NCBI RefSeq assembly: GCF_018977255.1
Contig: NW_024704747.1
Coordinates: 7,068,001 to 7,132,000, forward strand
From: Callorhinchus milii
Lineage: Eukaryota
Direction of reading: 5' to 3'
DNA: 64,000 nt
A program made the translations under genes and the position numbers. This document shows, in pieces, positions 39,214 through 49,899 of the stretch (position 1 is the first letter of the stretch; each line of letters begins with the position of its first letter). The notes beneath the pieces were generated by a model. The model saw nothing but the letters and a program-made list of their open reading frames with translations, ran no database searches and was not told the DNA's origin.

Positions 39214-39697
39214 AACAATTTATATAATAATGTTTAGTCAATGATTTTCTCTTAAATAACCTCAAATTCAATATTGAAGGAGGAAGCATGTTCATTGTGA
39301 GTGCAATAAGGAATGCATAGCACTGTTTCCAGGACTCTGTATATTTCGATTCTGTATTGATAGGGACTATACCTCTAGTATTGATCTTTGCCCTGCTGAA
39401 TCAACAGGAACTTTGTAGAGTTACCATATCAGACATTGCTACCAGAACATCAAAGGGTTTAGAATTAAGGAGTGTTTTTGTTTACTTCACTGAAATTTGC
39501 TTATGAGGCTATTCAATTTTTGTTCCATATCTGTGGATGTGCCGATGTAGGCGATTGCTCATTTTGAGCTCCAATCTCAAATGGCAGCTCCTTCTAGCTC
39601 CTTTCCTTCCTTTCTGACTGAAAGATATTGGCCAGAATTGCAGGAGAACAATGTACATCCTTGGAACAGTCCAGTGGATTTTCACTAACTCGGATAC

Positions 39698-40010
39698 GAG
39701 TCCTGTAGCTCAGTGGTTAGAGCACTCGCTTTGCAAGTGAGAGACCTGAGTTCAATTCCAGGCAGGGCGAAACCTTGGGCAAGTTTCCTTACTCCACACA
39801 CCTAATAATAATCCCTCCAAAACCAAAAACAATAATTAAATTGGTCATTTTCAATCTACGACTGTTTGTGGGACATTGCTGTGCGCAATTGGCTGCCGCG
39901 TTCGCCCACAAATATACAGTCAATTCACTTTACAGTGTGTTCTGTGAAGCGCTTTGGGACGTCCTCCTGACGTGAAAAGCGCTATATCAAATGCAAGGAT
40001 TATTATTATT
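39698..40010 (+). mobile_element. tRNA-derived SINE, short variant, youngest-looking copy
   Basis: Intact head, CpG-rich body, (ATT)n tail, flanking TACGAG duplication. Confidence 0.94.
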
Positions 40011-40946
40011 ACGAGCTGCTAATCAGCAACTCCGGATTGTGTGTGTGATTCGGAACGGATCAATTTGATTCGATCTGATTCCGAGATTCACAAAATGACA
40101 AACGACAAATCCCTTGATGGCAAAGGTTTAAAAAGAAAAAGTGTGACAAGAAAAATGCTGACAGGAGACAGTTCTGTCTTGCTTGCCAATGGTTTTTTTT
40201 CAGACTTCACTGCCTTCGAAATTTGGGGTTCACCCATTTTTAAAAAAAGTCATAATTTGATATTCCTCAATCAAATGTCAAAATCAGTGACTGGAATTCA
40301 GTTTGCGAATATCATGTATACAACCCCAATATGGAGACATTTTTTTCCCTTTACAAAACCCTATCTCATTGTCCACTCTTAAGTTTAGCTCATAACACCC
40401 AGAGACTATAGCAAGTAATACAGGAATCAACTATAAGGACTTAGACATCTGTAAGATTTATATGCAATAAGAAGATTTTGATAATTATAATGGAAATTAC
40501 TTTTTAATGTTAAAGTATGATCTATAAATAAATACTAATGTTGAAATTGGTTTTCTGTTTTTTTTTAACCCAAAAGTTATATGAGATAATGCTTGCTCAC
40601 TGTTTAGTTATTTGTAATATCCTATTAATAACAGTGTAAAAACTTGATATTAATAACACTTTAACACTGGTAAATTATTTAACTTTGATTTGTATAGCGC
40701 CCTTCACGTCGAAAGACATGAAGAACACTTTACAAATATAATTTGTTGTTGTTGTTTTATTTTGATAACGTTGATATTGTTTTTAAATTGATTAATGTTT
40801 TCCATATGTTCTATGCTTAAAATAGAATGAACAAAGGGGGCAAAAATTCATTGTTCGCATATTTGCAGTCTTTGCGACAAAGAGTTTGTTGTCCTTCAAC
40901 ATAAAACGTTTATATTTCAACGGATGTCTTTCATTTTCTGTTTCAG

Positions 40947-41095
40947 TGCCTGGGCACCCATGCAAAATAAATAATGGTGGTTGCAGCAACCTTTGCTTGC
41001 TCTCTCCAGGCGGAGGACACAAATGTGCTTGTCCCACAAACTTCTACCTTGCTTCAGATAGCATGACCTGTCTGTCCAACTGCACTGCAAGTCAG
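40947..41095 (+). CDS. LRP1B: Exon L, EGF repeat plus start of cluster IV, 149 nt, phase 1-0
   Basis: tttcag|TG...CAG|gtatga; [50 protein letters not shown]. Confidence 0.95.
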
Positions 41096-41169
41096 GTATG
41101 ATGCACCTCTGCTTAATTGCTATCAACATCTTAATTGTTCAACTTCTCAACTTCTCCATTATTGTAGCA

Positions 41170-41255
41170 TGCGACTACTGGGACAGTAGAAGGTGGACTA
41201 GATGGACCTTGGTCTTTTTTGGTCTACATTTCTGTGTCGCTATATTCCTATGCTA
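41170..41255 (+). mobile_element. Short CR1-like 3' remnant
   Basis: gtggactagatggaccttggtctttttt...ttcctatg. Confidence 0.5.
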
Positions 41256-41487
41256 TTTCCTATCTTAATGGCGCGTCAATGAAACTCACTATTTGTATGT
41301 GTCAGAGATAGGCTTTCTAGGTGTTGGTAGCTTTTGTATGAATGTACAATAACAACATGCAAGTGTTGCTTACCATATCTACTCACTGATTTATTTTCTT
41401 AGTATTGGCACTAGTGCTGATTGTTACAGTGCCCCAGGCAGTGACACTGAGTTATACCGACAAACATAAGCCCTATTTTGTCCAGAT

Positions 41488-41710
41488 ATTAGGCTCAAAA
41501 GCTCCCTGTGGAAGCCATTGAACCAGCTTGAGGTCCCTTTTGAACCGGCCACCCCACGAATTGCAGCATTTCAGGGTCTGTTCAAGGAATGTCAGCCAAA
41601 AATCTTTAAAATAGGAGTTAAGTTATTCTGTGAACTGACGTTGAAACCAGCAGGTCCAAGAGTGCAACGGACTGTCTCGATGGACTGCCAAAAGCAAATT
41701 TGAGCCCAAT
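41488..41710. mobile_element. Possible degraded MITE
   Basis: Imperfect inverted ends attaggctcaaaa / atttgagcccaat. Confidence 0.3.
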
Positions 41711-42169
41711 CATTGGCATGAAGTCAGGATTGTAGTCACTTTGGCCAGTTAGCAGCTGTGACATTGCCAGGAGCAGAAATTCCTTATACGGTTTTCCTTG
41801 AGGCCAACTCATAAATTAAAAGCACCCTAAGTGTAATGACTAAAATGGTATTTGCATTAAAAACACATTTGTGAAGGTTGTTAATTTAGTGGCAAGACAA
41901 ATTTCACCTTCACAATGCTATAGTGCTCATTTTCCAAAGCTCAGGCTTCAGGTTATGGTTGCAAATCACCCTGGCCTTTGCTCTCTGGTCTAGCCATTGA
42001 CTCCTTTTGTGAGATTACGAACTTGTAGCTTTCTCCTGAGTATCCAAAGCCCTGTCTATAAATAAAGCAGAGTTGTGTCAAAACATTCAACCCTGCGAGT
42101 CTGTGCTCAAAGCTACATTTCCTTTCCCACTTTGTTTTGGGGAAATTTACATTTACATCCTCACAATAG

Positions 42170-42340
42170 TTATATCATTTGTGGGACACTGCTCTGCACA
42201 GTTGGCTGCCACGTTTTGCCCACAAACTATACAATCAATTCACTTTATAGTACATTCTGTGAAGCACTTTGAGACGTTGCCAAGATGTGATAAGGCGATA
42301 TATCAAATGCAAGGATTATTATTAGCAGTAGTAGTATTAT
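42170..42340 (+). mobile_element. SINE 3' fragment
   Basis: tttgtgggacactgctctgcacagttggctgcc...caaatgcaaggattattatt. Confidence 0.85.
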
Positions 42341-42919
42341 CGAGCATCAATCTAGGTATGTAAACAATGCTTAAAAATACATTTTATTTCTGTTTGATCT
42401 GAGACCTGAGGACTAGGAAACATTCTTATGGCTGAATACATGCTGCAAATAAGAGACTGATGAACAAACCAAAATGTACCTGGTGATTTGTAGCCCCACA
42501 AGAGTGGTAGCGATGAGCTGTACTATTTACCTGATTGCGCAATTATATAATTTTAACAGTCAGTCAGTATGTAATATCATTGTACTTTACAGATACCAGG
42601 GGAAAATAATAAGTATATGGTTCACATGTCGAAGCCAAGTGTATAATTTGATGGAGTAGAATAGTATTATTTAGCAAACATACCACTCTCTAGTTTGTAT
42701 TCACAATGACAAATCTATTTCCATAGAATCACCCAGTTAGAACATCCCGTATTTAACAATTACTGCGCAGTTTGAAGAGGTTCATGTTGTGTATTTAATT
42801 ATCCCACAATCCAACTGACTGCCAAAATTTCAATAAATAAGATTATATAAAAGGCTCTCACCCAAATAAGCACACTACACTACCTTTGTGAAACTTCAGC
42901 ACACAGCCTGCAGCTGATG

Positions 42920-45900
42920 CCGTCCCACTGATCGCTCGCTCCTGGTCTCTGCGTCTGCGTTTTGGCTGCTGCCCCAACCCGAGCCTCCCCCTCCTTTCTA
43001 AATGTCTCTCCTCCCACCCCCCTCTGTGTCTCTCATCCCACCCCCCTCTATCCGCTACTCCCCCTCTGTCCTTCTCTCCAACCGCCCTCCGCGCCTTCTC
43101 TCTCTCCTTGACCCCATCACCACTTCCCTCTGCTCCAGCCTGGGCAAGGTAAACCCAACTTCCACCTCCCTCATACGTACCCTCCCCAACTCTCCACTCA
43201 CACCACTCTGCACAACCATCTCTCCTGTACACCCCAAAATCCTCTCCGCATCACTCTCTCCTCTCTCCCCTCCCTCCAGCAAACCCACCCGCATTTCCCT
43301 CCAAAATGTCCGTTCCCTCTCAAATAAAGCCCTCACCATCCACGACCTCATCCTGGATGAGTACCTTGACATTCTTGGGCTCACAGAAACCTGGCTCTCC
43401 CCCAATGACCCAGTCCCCCTAGTTGAAGACTTCCCTCCAGGCCACACCTTCCACCACACCCCCCATCCAAACCAACGTGGCGGCGGAGTGGCCTTCATTT
43501 CCAAAGCCTCCCTTGGTCTTAGCCCCTACTTCTCTGGCTGCGTCCCCTCCTTTGAGCACCTCACCCTCTTCCACCCCTCTCTCCCATTGAAAATCCTCCT
43601 GGTCTACCGCCTCCCTAAGCCCCCTGGCTCCTTCCTCACAGACACCTCCACTCTCCTCTCTTCCCTGTCCCTCTACTCCAAACACCTGCTCATAATGGGT
43701 GATTTCAACCTCCACCTAAACTCCCCCTGCACTACTTCTGCCAACTTCACTGCCCTCTTCTCCTCCCTTAACCTCACCCTTCATATAAACTCACCTACCC
43801 ACAACCGTGGTCATCCCCTTGACCTCGTTATCACCCACGGCCTTCACATTTCTGACCTCAGCATAGTGGACAAGGCCATCTCAGACCACTTCTTCATCTC
43901 CTTCTCCTCTCACATCCCTCTGTCCTCCACCAAGCCTTCAACCATCCTCTTCCGCCCTTGGAAAAGGCTACTCCCTGAGACCCTCACAAAGGCCCACACA
44001 TCATCAAACATCCTATCCCTCTGGCCTTCCACCCGTGGAGATCCTGAAACAGCCGTCCAGCTGCTCCATGATCGCCTCTCCTCCACTTTCAACTCCCTCA
44101 TCCCCCTAAAATCCAGGACCATCTCCAAACCCACCTGATCCCCCTGGTACAACTGCCAAACCCGGTTGCTCAAGCGCAGATGGCGGAAAACTGGCCTGAC
44201 AGTTCACCGCTAACTGTGGCTCGAACATCTCCGCACACAAAAACGGCCTTCTACTCCAACATCATCTTGGAGGCTAAACATAACCCGAAAATCCTCATTT
44301 CCACCACCCACTACCTCCTCCCTGACCCCCCTCAGGCCTCCTCAATCTTCATATCAAATGCCAAGTGCAAGGAGGTCATGCACTTCTTCTCTTCTAAAAT
44401 ACTTAACATCCGCCAGGCAGCCTCATCCACCTGCCACTTGTCACCCACCACCATGCCCTCTCTGTCCCCCTCACCCTCCCCATCATCTGCTGCTACCACC
44501 ACCCCCATCCTACATTCCTTCATCCCCATCTTCCCCTCCTCCCTCTCACCCACCATCACCTCTATGAAACCCACCACCTGCTGCTTCGACCTTCTCACCA
44601 CAAACTTGCTGGTCACACAGCTCCCCCTCCACTGGCCACTACTTGCTGACGTCATCAAACAGTGCCTCTCCTATGGATCAGTCCCTGCCCCCCTCAAAAC
44701 TGCTGTCATCACCCCCTTCCTCAAAAATCTTACCTATATCCCATAAACCCCAGCCACTACCATCCTATTTCTAACCTGCCCTTCCTCGCAAAAGTCCTAG
44801 AACGCGTTGTTGCCAATCAACTCCGCGCACACCTCTCCTCCCACTCGATCCTTCGATCCCATCCAATCCGGTCACAAACAACATCCTCTCTATCTGTGAC
44901 CAGGGCACCCTCTGCCTCCTTGTCCTCCTGGACTTCTCCGCGGCATTCGACACAGTCGCAGCAAATGACTTCTTCTCCAGTACCATCTTCTGCGGTGTTC
45001 CTCAGGGCTCTGTCCTCAGTCCCCTCCTCTTCACCCTCTACATGCTCCCCCGTGGTGACATCATCCGCAGACATGGGGTGAATTTTTACATGTATGCGGA
45101 TGACACCCAAATCTATCTCTCTGCCTCCACCCTCAACTCCAGGACTACTGGTGTCCTGACCGACTGCCTGTCCGACATCAAGTCCTGGATGAAGGACAAC
45201 TTTCTCCAACTCAACATCAGCAAGACCGAGGCCCTCCTGATTGAATCACGCCAATGCCTCCGCACCTCAGGCACTGGCAGCATCAGCCTCCACGGCTGCA
45301 CACTCAACCTCATTAAGCCAATCAGGAACCTGGGTGTCTTGATTGACCCTGAACTGTCCTTTCTCCCCCACATCCTCGTCATGCCCGGCACTGCCTACCA
45401 CCACCTCCGCAATATTGCCAAACTCCGCCACTTCCTCAGGCCTCAAGCTGCCGAAACCCTCACCCACGCATTCGTCACATTAAGGCTCGATCACGGAAAC
45501 TCCCTCTTCATTGGCCTTCCCAACTCTTCCCTTCACAAGCTGCAGATCATTCAAAACCCAGGCTCTGTGACCCCATCACTCCCACCCTCACCCGACTCCA
45601 CTGGCTCCCCATCCCCCAAGGATCAAGTTCAAGATCCTCGTCCTCACTTTCAAGGCCATCCATGGCCTTGCCCCTTCCTACCTCTCTGACCTGCTGACTC
45701 CCTATCAACCTGCCCGCTCCCTCCGTTCAGCGGGCTCCCAGAGTCTGCTCCATGTCTCCTGCCTGACCTGCCCTACCATTGATTGCCGAGCTTTCAGTCT
45801 CTCTACCCCCACACTCTGAAACTCCATCCCATGGTCCCTTCGCCTCGCTTCCTCCTTTGCCTCCTTCAAGGCCGGTCTCAAGACCCTTCTCTTCGACTGT

Positions 45901-46020
45901 GCCTTTGGTCTCCCTCCCACCTCTCTGCCTTCCCTCACCCCTACACCACCCCTCCCCCATGCTCGGGCCCCGACACCTGACTGTTCAGTGCTTTAGGATG
46001 TCGCTCCCTTGTTGTTGTTG
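42920..46020 (+). mobile_element. Near full-length L2 LINE (APE endonuclease + RT), defective
   Basis: ORF 43002-44138: LQNVRSL, LGLTETWL, RGGGVA, VYR, MGDFN, PTH..GHPLDL, ISDH; ORF 45042-45689: [15 protein letters not shown]; frameshifts and deletions in RT; (TTG)n end. Confidence 0.93.
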
Positions 46021-46139
46021 ATGTACTGTCTTAAGGAAACGACAAACAAATACAGCAAATTATATTCCTGTGTCATATTTAAAGAATGACCACTTGGGTA
46101 AAACAAGAGGGTTGCTAGAGCCTCAAGAAAATAGTAGAA

Positions 46140-46262
46140 ATAATAATAAAAATAATTCTTACATTTGATATAGTGCCTTATCACGTCATTAGCACTTCAC
46201 AGAATATGCTGTAAAGTGGAGTGACTGTTTTTTGTGGGCTAAAATTAAAGTTAAATTGCACA
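46140..46262 (-). mobile_element. SINE 3' fragment
   Basis: cttacatttgatatagtgccttatcacgtc...cacttcacagaatatgctgtaaagtg. Confidence 0.8.
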
Positions 46263-46433
46263 CCTATAGAAGATGTCAATCTCACAAGAATTGGGAACAA
46301 GAAGCTTCAGGATGCCTTGTAGGTGCTTTGAACACAAGCTGTCGAGGGGGCATTTAATTTGCCTTCATATTGCACGTGGCATCTCTTTCCTAACTCTTTA
46401 TCATGGTTAAATGACAACGCATGATTCAAGCAT

Positions 46434-46750
46434 GTGGAGTCCTGGAGCTCAGTGGTTAGAGCGCTCGCCTTGCAAGTGAGAGACCTGGGTTTCATTCTCA
46501 GCAGGGCAAAACCTTTGGCAAGTTTCCTTACTCCACATGCCTGATAATAATCCCTCAAGAAAAAAATAATAATAAATTGGTCACTTCAATCCACAACTGT
46601 ATGTGGGACACTGCTGTGCGCAATTTGGCTGCAGCATTTCGCCCACAAATATGCAGTCAATTCACTTTACAGCATATTCTGTGAAGTGCTTTGAGACGTC
46701 CAGAAGGCGTGAAAAGCGCAATATCAAATGCAAGGATTATTATTATTATT
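46434..46750 (+). mobile_element. tRNA-derived SINE, short variant, full length
   Basis: Complete head, body and (ATT)n tail. Confidence 0.93.
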
Positions 46751-46821
46751 ACTTTCTCTAATCATTGATTTAAACTGTGCAATGTTTAAGAATATTGACT
46801 AATTGTGTGGCTTATGTATAA

Positions 46822-46935
<114 letters not shown>

Positions 46936-47429
46936 TAATCATTTTTTTCACCAACGCTTTTATTTATGAAAGTCATATCCAGTTAATGATATGTACAGCT
47001 CCATCTCTGCCATATCAGGAGAATATCAAATAAGGCCATTTGTTAACAAGCAAAATGTAGCTTTGGGACATTTCTGTGTGACATTGTGTACCAGTGTTAC
47101 ACTTATCTCGGTGCTAATTTGTAGTTATTGTCATCTGCATTGCCAGCAACTGTGTAAGTGTGTCAATATGTTAATACGTTCATTAATAAAAGAAAGTGTA
47201 GTAGCTATAAACTGTAAGTGAGAATCTGTTGTTCCTTTTATGAACCTTTGAAGCAACTGCAGTGTTAATTGAGCAGATAGTGGAATTAACTTACAACTCC
47301 CTTGCATGCTTCCCTTGCCTTTTTAATTAGAAGAGTAATCACTATACATCTAGTGCATGGTAGTTCTTTTTAAAAAAAGGGCCAATAAAAACTTCATGAA
47401 ATACTTATCTTATTCCTTGAACTGCTCAG

Positions 47430-47546
47430 CTGAATTTAAATGCAGACCAGGGCAATTCCAGTGTGGTACTGGGATCTGTACCAAACCTGCCTTCATCTGT
47501 GATGGTGAAAACGACTGTGGTGATAATTCTGATGAAGCAAACTGTG
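47430..47546 (+). CDS. LRP1B: Exon N, LDLa repeat, 117 nt, phase 1-1
   Basis: tgctcag|CT...TGTG|gtaagt; [39 protein letters not shown]. Confidence 0.95.
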
Positions 47547-47635
47547 GTAAGTATTAAAATCGTTTTAGCTTTAATATTCATAATAACCATGGTTGCACTT
47601 TTTTCTCCCAATGTGTGATTTCAATACAGCATTTC

Positions 47636-47894
47636 ACCCCTCCTCTCCACCATTGGTGGCCGTGCCTTCAATCACTACAGTCCAAAACTCTGGAACTCTT
47701 TTCCTCAATCCCTCCTCCTTGCCCCCTTCCTCCCCATCTTCAAATCCCACCTGAAGACTTTCCTTTTTGATCTTGTTTATGGTCACCTCCCCCTTTCCGC
47801 TCCCCCTGGCTCTACGTCAGACTCTGCCACTGTCTAGCACTGTGGGACGCTATCCCGTGAGAAGGGCGATATATCAATGCAAGTTGTTGTTGTT
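47636..47894 (+). mobile_element. L2 LINE 3' fragment (tail type 2) abutting a splice acceptor
   Basis: ccaccattggtggccgtgccttca...ctctggaactc...gtgagaagggcgatatatcaatgcaagttgttgttgtt. Confidence 0.88.
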
Positions 47895-47902
47895 TCCTTT
47901 AG

Positions 47903-48022
47903 AGACACATGTTTGCCTTCCAAGTCAGTTCAAGTGTTCACAGAAGAGGAAATGCATCCCAATCATCTTCAGGTGCAACGGCCAGGATAACTGTGGTGAC
48001 GGCGAGGATGAAACAGACTGCC
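47903..48022 (+). CDS. LRP1B: Exon O, LDLa repeat, 120 nt, phase 1-1
   Basis: tcctttag|AG...TGCC|gtaagt; [40 protein letters not shown]. Confidence 0.95.
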
Positions 48023-49779
48023 GTAAGTTTCTGTCTTTCAGAGATTAGCTTTAATTTTATTCGATTTTACGAATCGCAGCCTGGGCTGTTCAATAGCTTA
48101 ATCAGGTAGATAATGAATGACCCGTCGTTTTGTTCTGTGCGACATTTTCCATAACAGGATGGAGTGACGTGGCAGTTACTGGTGTCAGACATTGTTACAC
48201 TCGACTCATCTGCAATAGAAAATAAAAATTCATTGTAAAAAAAAACGGTGGGGGGTCAGTAACAGGACTTTGTGAACAATGTGGCTTCACTGACACTAAC
48301 ACTGTTTAGCAGGAGTTTAAAGTTTTACAAGAGGAAGCGAGAACATTGGTAATTAAAATCTTAGCTTAGCAATAATTGTAATAATTCTTGTATTTGATAT
48401 AGCATCTTTCACATCAGGAAGGCATCTCAAAGCACTTCACTGGATACCTATAAAAAGTGCGATTTAAATGCAGCACTGAAGGGAATGATCAATTTTATTT
48501 TGAGGTTAATAAAAGTATTTTAAACAAATGATTGTTGTAAAGTGTATTTAAACAAAGTTAGGACAGTGTAAAATAGTATCTGTCATTGTATCCAGTATAC
48601 TGACTTTGTTATGGCCAATATTTATAGAGCAATCTTGAAAATGTTTAAAAGAGTGAGATATTTATGAAGCTGTGATCACAAAACTGGGTCTTTGGTGTGC
48701 CTGATAATAAAATCCACTGGCCACACCATGCTCTCGTCTCCTCCTGTTAATGCAACATAAAACGCGCTGAAAAGTTTTTCAGAACTTACGATACTCGCCC
48801 CTAATTTTTTGTATTTAATAGTGAATACCAATGACCTCAGTGAAAATGCTTTAATTTCACAAATCATTTTCTTGTACTAGTTGATGGAGCTTGTGGTTCT
48901 TATAAATTTTTGGATAACGTCTGCCATGTTGACAGTTTTCAGAAGTTTGCGGATAATACATAACGATCATAACATAATGGGAATTACTGGTTATATATAA
49001 AGGGTCAACCCATAACTGCTGCATATAATTGCAGATACAGTAGTGTATATTTTTACAAAATTCCTCACCGTTTATGGCACTCACGATTAAATTTCAAGCA
49101 ATTATAGATTTTAAGATCTAAAGTAAGGTCATTTAGCTGCATTGCAAAACATTCATCAACTCATCCTTCAATCGGGCGGAATAATGGGGCTCCTGCAGTT
49201 CAGTGAACATTTTAATATGTGATTTAATTCAATTCTTTGAAATGTGTCTCTTGAAAGCGTTTTAATCTCGGGGTCTGAGTTTGCACTTCAGTCATGCTTC
49301 CAAATATTTCTTGGATTCTGTATTGTGTTATCCAGCATGAAAATTGTGCACAGAATCATTTTGTCGATGATATATTGGCTAAGACTCGAGCATAAACTGG
49401 AAACTGCTGAGGAAAGTGATCAGTTAGAACATTCGCAACTGAAGTTGGTTAAAAATAGACTCAAAATGTATGGTTGAATTCAAGCAATTTAAATGGAAAC
49501 TCGTTATCATGGAACTTAGCTTGAACGATGTTGTCCAGAATTGTAAGCCTCCGATTCACATCAGTGATCATCCAGCTATTATTTGTACATACTGTATACC
49601 AAATGATAAATAGCTTTAATTTAACTCAAATGCTTTTTAGCAGAGTAAGTCATTTACAAAGCCACGATATGTTCAGGAATTATGACTAGATTCAATCTTG
49701 CTGTGCATTTTCTGCAAGCTTTTATTTACATGACTTCAGCGATAATGTGCTCATGGGCATTTTTTAACCTTCTCCCTAG

Positions 49780-49899
49780 CTGAGGTTACCTGTTCACCAA
49801 ACCAGTTCCAATGTGCAATCACCAAACGCTGCATTCCTGAAGAATGGGTATGTGACAAAGACCATGATTGTGCAGATGGATCTGATGAATCTAATTGCA
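49780..49899 (+). CDS. LRP1B: Exon P, LDLa repeat, 120 nt, phase 1-1
   Basis: tccctag|CT...TGCA|gtaagt; [40 protein letters not shown]. Confidence 0.95.
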
